Shown in pieces: positions 9,790 to 19,862 of a DNA stretch of 64,000 nt (position 1 is the first letter of the stretch; the number at the start of each line of letters is the position of its first letter). Position numbers and translations under genes: made by a program. The stretch covers positions 4,291 to 68,290 of the forward strand of contig CANKAT010000002.1 of assembly GCA_947479815.1 (NCBI GenBank), in the 5' to 3' direction. The stretch comes from Sphingobacteriaceae bacterium. GTDB lineage: Bacteria > Bacteroidota > Bacteroidia > Sphingobacteriales > Sphingobacteriaceae. The notes below the pieces were generated by a model. The model was not told the DNA's origin. It was given only the letters and a program-made list of their open reading frames with translations, and made no database searches.

Positions 9790-10884
9790 TTAGCTCTGGT
9801 ATTTGTGTTCATTCAAACATTTATTTACGATATCAATTAATATTTTCTCGTTTTCATATAACTCATTCAACAATTTGAATTGATTTTTAGTGCGGTCGAG
9901 ATTTTGCTCGGCATAAGCAATTGGATAATAAATATTTCCATTAAGATAGTCGGTTAAAAATCTGATTGCCTGCATATAAATCAGGTATTTCGCCGAAAAG
10001 AGTATCAGTTCTTTTTCAACCGAGCTTAAGATCGCGCCCATTTCATGCAAATACCCATTTACAATTGCCTCGAAATATTCAATACGGATCGTAATCTTGC
10101 TAATATCGGGTTCATTTTCAGAGAAAGCGCAAAGGTAGGTTCGCATCATATCACCCAGATCAGAAATAAATTTACCAGCCATTAAGGTGTCAAGATCAAT
10201 TACGCAAATACCCTTCATGCTATCTTTATCAAATAACATATTGCTAATCTTGGTATCATGGTGCATTGCCCTATCCGGAAATTCAGTCGAATTCTTAAAT
10301 GAATTGAAATAGTCAAGGATAAAGCCGTAATGCAAGGCTGTATTGATTTCATTCGCTGCCTTTTGTTTTATTTCTTCTGAGGCCACTTCCAATGCATCAG
10401 TAAACTGCTTATAACGTAAGCCCAAGTCATGAAAACCAGGAATGGTTTCTTTTAATTGTGAAGCATCAAAAGCAGAAAGCAGCTTATTAAGCCTTCCAAA
10501 TTGCAAGGCAGCTTCATATGCCTGCCTAGGATCACTTAAGGCATCAAAGGATATCGAATTACTTATAAAATTTGTTAATCGCCAGTATACCCCTTCTACA
10601 ACAGCCATTTCCTCGCCATTTATAGTTGGGATAGCTTTTACAAATAGATATTCGGGATAATGCTCTGCCAGGAAATCTGCTACCAGCTTAACATTTTGAG
10701 CAATGATATCAGGCTTTTTAAAAACATTGATGTTTATACTTTGTAATATAAACTGCTCGCCAGTATTATTTTGAGTAAGCAAAAAGGTTGAATTGATATG
10801 GCCAGTTCCAAATGATTTCAATACAACCTCAGCTGGCTTAAATCCATATTCACTTAAAACCGTTTCATTAATTTCTGTTCCCAT
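9790..10884 (-). CDS. APH-fold sugar kinase resembling N-acetylhexosamine 1-kinase (NahK family)
   Basis: Blocks GTGHINSTFLL, FDASQLKETIPGFHD, HHDTKISNMLF, IDLDTLMAG, RFLTDYLNGNIYY and EQNLDRTKNQFKLL match my recollection of Bifidobacterium NahK. The track start (10899) is TTG; the ATG at 10884 is preferred. Confidence 0.7.
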   Translation of the reverse strand: MGTEINETVLSEYGFKPAEVVLKSFGTGHINSTFLLTQNNTGEQFILQSININVFKKPDIIAQNVKLVADFLAEHYPEYLFVKAIPTINGEEMAVVEGVYWRLTNFISNSISFDALSDPRQAYEAALQFGRLNKLLSAFDASQLKETIPGFHDLGLRYKQFTDALEVASEEIKQKAANEINTALHYGFILDYFNSFKNSTEFPDRAMHHDTKISNMLFDKDSMKGICVIDLDTLMAGKFISDLGDMMRTYLCAFSENEPDISKITIRIEYFEAIVNGYLHEMGAILSSVEKELILFSAKYLIYMQAIRFLTDYLNGNIYYPIAYAEQNLDRTKNQFKLLNELYENEKILIDIVNKCLNEHKYQS

Positions 10885-10928
10885 TTCTATTAAAAGCAAT
10901 TCATAAATCTAAAAAAACAAAGTTCAGA

Positions 10929-12206
10929 TTATTTTAGTACTAAAGTTCTATACTTAGCGTAAAAATAAACTGAAGAAAAAATTGTTAATGCAAGCCCTGC
11001 AAGCGAAAGCCAAATTACGCTATTCGAGAAGAAGGTTACCCAATTCAATTGAACTTTAAAAATTTCCTTGCTCAGCATCACACCAACACTCCCTACATAA
11101 CCAAAAGAATCGGCCAGATAAATTAAAAATCCAACATTGCCTGTATGCTTGAAAGCTGCGATTAAACGATCAAAAAATACTGAATTAAAGGGTATATACA
11201 CCATATACAATCCTAAACCTACCAGGGTCATCCACCAAATAGGAGGCATATTTTGATTGATAAAAAGATAGGAAGAAAGTCCTGCAATACTAAATCCCAA
11301 TCCGATAAAAAAATGTGAAAGCATCAAGGCTTTAAAACTATCCTTTATCAAGACCATACTTCCAATAAGCAGGAGAATAATAATCGTTATGGGAGTCTCA
11401 GTTGTTGCAAAAAGTTCAGGTTTATCAAAAAACCCCATTTCCTTCCACATTTCAGCACTGAAATTATCTCGCATATCTCTAAAAATGGTTGCAAAAGCAT
11501 AAATCAGGATACAAGCAATCAAACCAGGAAGAAAAATCCGAATAAAATTTTTCCGGTCTTGCCCAAGCATTGGAACCCGAGCCATACGGTATGCAATATC
11601 CTTATCATCGGGAGATGGAATTTTTTCTATTAAATAAACAAAGAGTAAGAGCGGAGCGGCAAAAACCAATCCTGTATAAAACGGAACCCAAAATTCTGTA
11701 ATGCCAAAATTCAACATCAGCCAGGCACCTACGGTTTTTACAAAGCCTGAGGCAAATATAAAACTCACTGCAAGGGTTGCTCCAATAAAGTCAGTACTAC
11801 GCCTGCCTTCTACATAAGAAAAAACCACACCCCAAAGCATCCCTAAAGGAAAACCATTGATAAATAGAAATACGATATTATAGGGTGCTGGTACAAGCGC
11901 AAAAAATAACCAACTTAACCAGGCAATAACAGTAAGAAGCATGATGATTTGCCCTCTTCCATGACGTTTTAGCTCAGATATATATTTAATACCATAAAAT
12001 TTGGCAAGCATATATCCTAACATCTGGCAGATGACCAGAATAGTTTTATAACTATATCCAGCTACGGTAATCCCGTCAAAAGTTGCAACTGTAAATGATT
12101 TTCTGAATCCAAAAACCATAGTATAGGTAAGAAATACAGTCACAGCAGCATATAAGCCTATCTGCAGTGATGTTCCTTTAAAATACTTTGGTGTCAGGAA
12201 GGCCAT
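10929..12206 (-). CDS. MFS-like polytopic membrane protein (DUF5690-like), putative transporter
   Basis: 425 aa, about 12 hydrophobic segments. Ends 29 nt upstream of the kinase gene on the same strand. Family name from memory. Confidence 0.6.
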   Translation of the reverse strand: MAFLTPKYFKGTSLQIGLYAAVTVFLTYTMVFGFRKSFTVATFDGITVAGYSYKTILVICQMLGYMLAKFYGIKYISELKRHGRGQIIMLLTVIAWLSWLFFALVPAPYNIVFLFINGFPLGMLWGVVFSYVEGRRSTDFIGATLAVSFIFASGFVKTVGAWLMLNFGITEFWVPFYTGLVFAAPLLLFVYLIEKIPSPDDKDIAYRMARVPMLGQDRKNFIRIFLPGLIACILIYAFATIFRDMRDNFSAEMWKEMGFFDKPELFATTETPITIIILLLIGSMVLIKDSFKALMLSHFFIGLGFSIAGLSSYLFINQNMPPIWWMTLVGLGLYMVYIPFNSVFFDRLIAAFKHTGNVGFLIYLADSFGYVGSVGVMLSKEIFKVQLNWVTFFSNSVIWLSLAGLALTIFSSVYFYAKYRTLVLK

Positions 12207-12391
12207 AAAATCAGGATTTAGATTTTTATTTGTTTGGAAGGTAATAAAACCTTTTTCAATGCAAAAATCTCAATGAAAAATTGAAAATAATTTGATGATT
12301 ATAGAACAAAACAAAACGACTTTTGCTTGCTAAAATACTCAACTATAGAATTAATACTTATCTTCATTTAGGGAATCTAAACACAAAGCAA

Positions 12392-13267
12392 ATGAAAGTT
12401 CAAGCAATACTTATCTTCTTATTCACCTGTTGCCTAAGTCTATTAAATGCACGAGAAAAACCGCTTCAAATCATTATGATAGGTGCACATCCTGATGACT
12501 GTGACATTAAAAGCGGCGGTACTGCAGCTCTTTTTATTGCCATGGGTCATCACGTTAAATTCCTTTCAGTAACCAATGGCGATGCTGGGCATATGAATGA
12601 AGGCGGCGGAATGCTGGCCAAAAGAAGGCTTGAAGAAACCAAAGAAGTTGCAAGACGCGTAGGAGTAAGCTATGAAGTGCTCGACAATCATGATGGAGAA
12701 CTATTGCCAACTCTGGCCATCCGATTTGAAATTATACGGAGAATAAGAGAATGGAATGCAGACATAGTGATTGCCCCAAGACCCAATGACTACCATCCTG
12801 ATCATCGATACACAGGTGTTTTAGTTCAGGATGCTGCATTTATGGTTGGAGTACCCAACGTTGCATCTGATACTCCCCCATTGCGTAAAAATCCTGTATT
12901 TCTTTATTTTCAGGATAATTTCAAAAAGCCTAATCCGTTTCAGCCTGACATTGCAGTAGACATTACTTCAGTCATTGATAAAAAAATATATGGTCTTGAT
13001 GCTCATAAATCGCAGTTTTATGAGTGGCTGCCTTGGATTGGCGGCAATCTGGAGAAGGCACCCATTGACCCTGCAGAAAGAATAGTATGGCTGAAGAAAC
13101 AAAGAACAGGATCAATCTCGGCAGAAGTTAAAGCTAGCCTTCAAAAATGGTATGGCGCAGAAAAAGCAGAACAAGTAAACTACACAGAAGCCTTTGAAAT
13201 ATGCGAATATGGCAGTCGACCTACCGAAGCGGATATCAAAAGGCTTTTCCCAATGTTGGGAAAATAG
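12392..13267 (+). CDS. PIG-L/LmbE-family deacetylase, secreted
   Basis: GAHPDDCDI (AHPDD) and DYHPDHRY (HxDH) zinc motifs. A signal peptide (MKVQAILIFLFTCCLSLLNA) starts at the ATG at 12392; the track start at 12323 is TTG. Confidence 0.85.
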   Translation: MKVQAILIFLFTCCLSLLNAREKPLQIIMIGAHPDDCDIKSGGTAALFIAMGHHVKFLSVTNGDAGHMNEGGGMLAKRRLEETKEVARRVGVSYEVLDNHDGELLPTLAIRFEIIRRIREWNADIVIAPRPNDYHPDHRYTGVLVQDAAFMVGVPNVASDTPPLRKNPVFLYFQDNFKKPNPFQPDIAVDITSVIDKKIYGLDAHKSQFYEWLPWIGGNLEKAPIDPAERIVWLKKQRTGSISAEVKASLQKWYGAEKAEQVNYTEAFEICEYGSRPTEADIKRLFPMLGK

Positions 13268-13279
13268 CATAAAAAAAGA

Positions 13280-13504
13280 CTACTCGGGTTTAGGGCCTCG
13301 TTTATAAATGATCAGACCATTTAAAAAATTTCGCAGAATCTGATCACCACAAGGCTTAAAGTTTTCATGTTCTTTATTGCGGAAAATAGCTCCCAATTCA
13401 GCTTTAGTAATTGAAAAATCTACTAGTTTTAGAATGTCTACAATTTCCTGATCGTTTAGCTTAAGGGCTACACGAAGCTTTTTCATGATGTCGTTATTGC
13501 TCAT
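13280..13504 (-). CDS. DUF1456 (YehS-like) single-repeat protein
   Basis: 74 aa; NDIMKKLRVALKLNDQEIVDIL...LRNFLNGL resembles the DUF1456 repeat. Starts 4 nt after the helicase stop. Confidence 0.6.
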   Translation of the reverse strand: MSNNDIMKKLRVALKLNDQEIVDILKLVDFSITKAELGAIFRNKEHENFKPCGDQILRNFLNGLIIYKRGPKPE

Positions 13505-13508
13505 AATT

Positions 13509-14810
13509 TTACCGAGAGATTTCTATTTTGATTTTCTTATTCTTTATTTTTTCGTTTTTTAGAAGTTTTACAATGTTGGCGATCTTTTTACGGCTCACGC
13601 CAGCATAGGAAGCATAATCCTGAACTTCTATCAAACCTAATTCATCCTTTTCTAGTTTTCCTTTTTTCATTAACAGGCCAACAATATCAATCTTATTGAT
13701 CTTATCTTTTCGACCGGCTCCTAAATAAAGAGTGGCCCAAGAGGTATTCTCAGGAACAAGATCCTTTTCAGGTAAAACTTCAATCACCGTTTTATCTTTT
13801 AAAAATGAAGGCTTTTCATCTTCAGTAAGAATAACATAGGCTGTTCCGCTAGAATGCATTCTGGCAGTACGCCCATTTCTATGCAAAAAAGCTTCTTCAT
13901 TATGTGGCAGCTGATAGTGAACAACAAATTCAATTTCTGGAATATCCAAACCACGCGAAGCTAGATCTGTAGTTATCAAAAATCGATAGCTACCATTTCT
14001 GAATTTCAATAAAGCCTTTTCACGGTCTTCTTGCTCCATGCCACCATGAAAAACCCCATGATCAAGGCCCATATTCCATAATAAAGCACTTATGCGGTCA
14101 ACTGCTTCACGATGGTTACAGAAAACCAGTGTAGATCGGTTTCCAATTTTACAGATCAATGAAAATAAAGCTTCCAGTTTGTCGGCTGCATCAGAAACTA
14201 CAGATTTGATGACTAGATCAGGCAAGCTATTGGAATCGCTAAGAAAGTTTACTTCAGCCGACTTAACTAAACCGGTAAATGAGGGTATCTCGGTCATTTT
14301 TGTTGCAGAGGTAAGAATTCTACGTCCTACATTTTTCAAACGACTGATAATAAAGGCCATATCTTCTTCAAAACCAAATTCTAAGGCCTTATCAAACTCA
14401 TCGAGAACGATGGTATGAATAGCATTAGGATTAAAGTTCTCGTGTCGAATATGATAGGCAATTCGTCCGGGTGTACCAATTAAAACAGCTGGTGCCTCAA
14501 TTAAATTATTTCTTTCTGTTTTTACCGGATGTCCTCCATAAAAACAATTGACCTTGAATCCGGTACCCATGGCTTTAAAAACCTGTTCAATTTGCAGAGC
14601 CAATTCTCTTGAAGGAACTAAAATCATTGCCTGAATACCTGGCTTAGCATGATCTAACCGACTTAATACAGGTATTAAAAAAGCAATTGTTTTGCCAGAA
14701 CCCGTAGGCGACAAAATTACAGTATCGGTATTGCTAGCAGAATCGATCGCAACACGCTGCATCTCATTGAGTGATGCAATTTTTAAATTCTTTAATACCT
14801 TCTCTATCAT
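13509..14810 (-). CDS. DEAD-box RNA helicase with DbpA-type C-terminal RNA-binding domain
   Basis: Motif I SPTGSGKT, motif II VLDEFD (DEFD variant), motif III SAT, motif VI HRNGRTAR. C-terminal ~75 aa resemble the DbpA RBD. Confidence 0.9.
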   Translation of the reverse strand: MIEKVLKNLKIASLNEMQRVAIDSASNTDTVILSPTGSGKTIAFLIPVLSRLDHAKPGIQAMILVPSRELALQIEQVFKAMGTGFKVNCFYGGHPVKTERNNLIEAPAVLIGTPGRIAYHIRHENFNPNAIHTIVLDEFDKALEFGFEEDMAFIISRLKNVGRRILTSATKMTEIPSFTGLVKSAEVNFLSDSNSLPDLVIKSVVSDAADKLEALFSLICKIGNRSTLVFCNHREAVDRISALLWNMGLDHGVFHGGMEQEDREKALLKFRNGSYRFLITTDLASRGLDIPEIEFVVHYQLPHNEEAFLHRNGRTARMHSSGTAYVILTEDEKPSFLKDKTVIEVLPEKDLVPENTSWATLYLGAGRKDKINKIDIVGLLMKKGKLEKDELGLIEVQDYASYAGVSRKKIANIVKLLKNEKIKNKKIKIEISR

Positions 14811-14963
14811 TTAGCCATTTAAACCGCAAAGGTAATGCAATTATTAGCAATCAATTTATTCATACCAATCAACAATAAATTAATTCAATCTAGAGATTAG
14901 GATGAGCCAATTTTCCTTATTTTCGTAAAACATATTCTACAAATTCGAATTTTCTACCATACC

Positions 14964-15845
14964 ATGAAAACAAAAATTATTCTACCCCTTTTAGTGATCA
15001 TCACAATTTACCTGAGTTCATGCCAGCAAAATTCGTCAGCCAAAGCATCTGAAACCACAGATAGCACTTCTGTAGAACAATTAAATACTGGTACTACTGA
15101 AAGTAAAGATGATGAAAAGCATACTGGTAATTCAGGGAAAATAGCCAGCGCTGCCGAGATTCTGGCTCGGCCTCAGGTACCAATTCTTTGTTACCACCAG
15201 ATAAGAAACTGGACAGCATCTGATGGGAAAATGGGGAAAGATTATATCGTACCCATTGCCGAATTTAAATCTCAAATGAAAATGCTCGCAGATAGTGGTT
15301 ATCACACCATTTTACCTGACCAATTATATAGCTACTTAGCCTATGGAACTAAATTGCCTAAAAAGCCGATTATGCTTACTTTTGATGACACCAAACTTGA
15401 CCAATATACTGCAGCTATCCCAGAGATGAAAAAATATGGTTTTAAGGCTGTATTTTATATCATGACCGTTTCACTAGGGAAGCCAAATTACATGAGCAAA
15501 GCACAGGTTAAAGAATTATCTGAAGCAGGGCATGTTATTGGTTCTCATACGTATGACCATCAGAATGTTAAAAAATACCAGGGTGATGATTGGCTTACAC
15601 AGATTGAAAAACCAACCAAAACGCTAAAAGAGATCACGGCTAAGGATGTCAAGTATTTTGCATACCCATTTGGCTTGTGGAACAAAGAGGCAATTCCTGA
15701 ATTAAAGAAACGAGGATTTGCCTCAGCATTTATTCTTTCAGGAAAGAGAGATGAAAACGATCCACTATTTACTATCCGAAGGATCATTGCAAGTGGCTAT
15801 TGGAATACCAAAACACTTCATAATAGTATTGTAAAAAGTTTTTAA
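14964..15845 (+). CDS. Polysaccharide deacetylase (NodB/CE4-like) lipoprotein
   Basis: Lipobox YLSSC; NodB motifs LTFDDT and GSHTYDH. Confidence 0.85.
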   Translation: MKTKIILPLLVIITIYLSSCQQNSSAKASETTDSTSVEQLNTGTTESKDDEKHTGNSGKIASAAEILARPQVPILCYHQIRNWTASDGKMGKDYIVPIAEFKSQMKMLADSGYHTILPDQLYSYLAYGTKLPKKPIMLTFDDTKLDQYTAAIPEMKKYGFKAVFYIMTVSLGKPNYMSKAQVKELSEAGHVIGSHTYDHQNVKKYQGDDWLTQIEKPTKTLKEITAKDVKYFAYPFGLWNKEAIPELKKRGFASAFILSGKRDENDPLFTIRRIIASGYWNTKTLHNSIVKSF

Positions 15846-15909
15846 ATCCTTTCTAAACTAAATTTAACCTGAGTTAAACCATTATATTAGATCACTAGAA
15901 AAAAAAAAT

Positions 15910-16422
15910 ATGAAAAAAATAGTACTATTAACTCTAATCGTTGGGTTATTCACCACTTTAAATGCATCTGCTCAGCAAGATAAAAGCAAAAGAGCAAGTC
16001 CACCGGCAATAGTATCCCAAACTTTAGGATCTGGTGCCCAAATTTCAATTGACTATAGTCGACCTTCAATAAAAGGCAGATCTATGAATGAACTTGTCCC
16101 AGCCGGAAAAGTTTGGAGAACAGGTGCTAATGAAGCAACAGTGTTTGAAACAAGTAAAGATGTAAGTATCGATGGTCAAAAACTTTTGGCCGGAAAATAT
16201 AGCATATATTCTATTCCAGGCGAAAAAGAATGGACTATTATTTTTAACAAAACCTGGAAGCAATGGGGAACTGTTTATAAAGAAAGTGAAGATGCTTTAC
16301 GCATAGGTGTAAAATCTGGCAAATCGAAGCAATTTACTGAGATGATGACCTTTGAAATTGCCAAGAATGGAAAAGTTTCACTAATGTGGGCAGAAACTCA
16401 AATTGATTTTAAAGTGCAATAA
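15910..16422 (+). CDS. DUF2911-like secreted protein
   Basis: Signal peptide; GKVWRTGANEAT block as I recall for DUF2911. Function unknown. Confidence 0.6.
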   Translation: MKKIVLLTLIVGLFTTLNASAQQDKSKRASPPAIVSQTLGSGAQISIDYSRPSIKGRSMNELVPAGKVWRTGANEATVFETSKDVSIDGQKLLAGKYSIYSIPGEKEWTIIFNKTWKQWGTVYKESEDALRIGVKSGKSKQFTEMMTFEIAKNGKVSLMWAETQIDFKVQ

Positions 16423-16441
16423 AAATTATAACTATATTGAA

Positions 16442-16472
16442 GGGCCTAAGTTTTAAATTTAGGCCCTTTTTT
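16442..16472 (+). terminator. Intrinsic terminator
   Basis: Stem gggcctaa/ttaggccc followed by a T-run, directly after the stop at 16422. Confidence 0.75.
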
Positions 16473-16498
16473 ATGTCCTTAATTTTCCTGCACCTACT

Positions 16499-17401
16499 AT
16501 GAAAGTTATTCATTCACTATTTTTTCTTCTGCTAACATTCTCCTTCTTTTCTTCATGTAAATCAGATTCCTCTAAGTCTGAAACAAGTAATATTGATTAC
16601 TTATACACTGATTTCAAACCTGACGAATTGTATCCTGCAAGACAGGTAGAGCTACAAATTAAATCGTCTGGTTCAACTATATATGGCTTTGCTTACACAG
16701 CGAATGGGCAAGGGCCACACCCAACCATAGTACTTCTACACGGTTTACCAGGCAATGAACGAAATCTAGACATTGCACAAAATATGCGACGGGCAGGTTT
16801 TAATGTGATTTATTTCAATTACCGCGGTACCTGGGGCAGCAAAGGTGAGTTTAAATTCAGAAACACTATTGAAGATGCGAGTGCTGTAGTTGACTACCTG
16901 ACAGACAGCTTAAACAGGGTGACTCTAAAGGTTGATACCGGAAAAATTGCTTTTATTGGCCATAGCATGGGAGCAGGTATTGCCTTAATTGCAGGATTAA
17001 AAGACCCTAGAATAAAAGGAGTTTTTGCCATTTCCGTTTTTAATCCATTTACACTTTTGCAGGGCGAAAATGCAGAAGGAAATTTAATTGGCCTTAAGGA
17101 ATATCTATTGACTCTTGGAATGCATAATTGTGATCCCAATCAATTCCTTAATGATATATTAAATGATATCGATCAATATAATATCGAGAAGATGATCGCA
17201 ATTTCAAAGAAACCGATAATGGTAATAGATGAACATATGAATAATTCAACCTTTACCAATTATAATAAAAGTAAAACTTTTCAATATAAAATCTGGAATA
17301 CTGATCACGCCTTTTCAAATAGACGCATTGCATTGACTAAAGAGATTGTAAATTGGATGAACAAAAATGTTGTTGAGAAAAAGCTGAAGGCAAAAGATTG
17401 A
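16499..17401 (+). CDS. Alpha/beta hydrolase lipoprotein
   Basis: Lipobox FFSSC; nucleophile elbow GHSMGAG; HGLPGN oxyanion-region block. Confidence 0.8.
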   Translation: MKVIHSLFFLLLTFSFFSSCKSDSSKSETSNIDYLYTDFKPDELYPARQVELQIKSSGSTIYGFAYTANGQGPHPTIVLLHGLPGNERNLDIAQNMRRAGFNVIYFNYRGTWGSKGEFKFRNTIEDASAVVDYLTDSLNRVTLKVDTGKIAFIGHSMGAGIALIAGLKDPRIKGVFAISVFNPFTLLQGENAEGNLIGLKEYLLTLGMHNCDPNQFLNDILNDIDQYNIEKMIAISKKPIMVIDEHMNNSTFTNYNKSKTFQYKIWNTDHAFSNRRIALTKEIVNWMNKNVVEKKLKAKD

Positions 17402-17416
17402 AATTATTTTAAAGAA

Positions 17417-17869
17417 TCAAAAAATAGATTCTATTACAAATGGCTTACCATTGAAATCAAATTCGTATCCTACTTTCTGTCTCATTAGTTTCAATCCGAT
17501 AGGTGAAATGGCAGAGATTGCAAAATAATTAATTCCATCTACTTGTATCTGACCCCGACTTATACTGATATAAAACTTACCAAAATTTGTGATGACCAAG
17601 CTTCCGGAATGAACTATTTCTGAAACCTGATAATTTTCGATCTGTTCTAGAGCAAGACTCATTTTTTTTGCTTCCTCCAACTGTTTCCTGTTCCTGTCAA
17701 TTTCCTGCTGCATCATTTCCCTACCGGTTTCGAACTTATCCCCTGCACTACTCTTGGTATCATCATTAGCAGAAGATTGGGCATCTTCAATGGCAAGTTG
17801 AGCGGTATTTATACATTCCTCTACATAGTGTAGGCAATGTTTAAACAATTCATCTTTGATCCTATTCAT
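17417..17869 (-). CDS. Divergent GreA/GreB-like protein (short coiled coil + Gre C-terminal-like domain)
   Basis: C-terminal AISAISPIGLKLMRQKVGYEFDF matches the IS..SPiG.aL.Gk.vGd block of Gre factors. The N-terminal helical hairpin carries a SSAGDKFETGREM tip. Confidence 0.6.
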   Translation of the reverse strand: MNRIKDELFKHCLHYVEECINTAQLAIEDAQSSANDDTKSSAGDKFETGREMMQQEIDRNRKQLEEAKKMSLALEQIENYQVSEIVHSGSLVITNFGKFYISISRGQIQVDGINYFAISAISPIGLKLMRQKVGYEFDFNGKPFVIESIF

Positions 17870-18095
17870 TTGTACAAAGAAGCATATTATTTAAATAACT
17901 GCACAATAGTGGAGATGCTTTGTGAATAAAAAAAATAATTCCATTCCCAATCGTTGAGAGGATAATCCCAATTATAAATGAAATGTGAACGTTCTTAAAG
18001 CAGAACGATTAAAAAATCAGATCAAAATCATAATAACCTAGACCTATAAATAAAATCAAAACAAGGGTGATTAATACCATGAAAACGTAAATTAA

Positions 18096-19793
<1,698 letters not shown>

Positions 19794-19814
19794 ATCAGAT
19801 TTAAGACACTCCTA

Positions 19815-19850
19815 AAAAAGCCGGTAAATTGTTTAATTCATCGGCTTTTT
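19815..19850. terminator. Possible bidirectional terminator (weak)
   Basis: aaaaagccg ... cggcttttt, a 9-bp stem with a long 18-nt loop, between the convergent ABC-F and GH20 genes. Confidence 0.4.
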
Positions 19851-19862
19851 CATTTCAAAAAA

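Noticed and set aside
12323-12391. N-terminal extensions from TTG/GTG starts in the ORF track (12323, 25721, 10899, 2722, 46911, also 5503, 44009, 47487)
   Set aside because: In each case an internal ATG gives a more sensible N-terminus: a signal peptide, a conserved family start, or no overlap with a neighbouring gene, hairpin or promoter.
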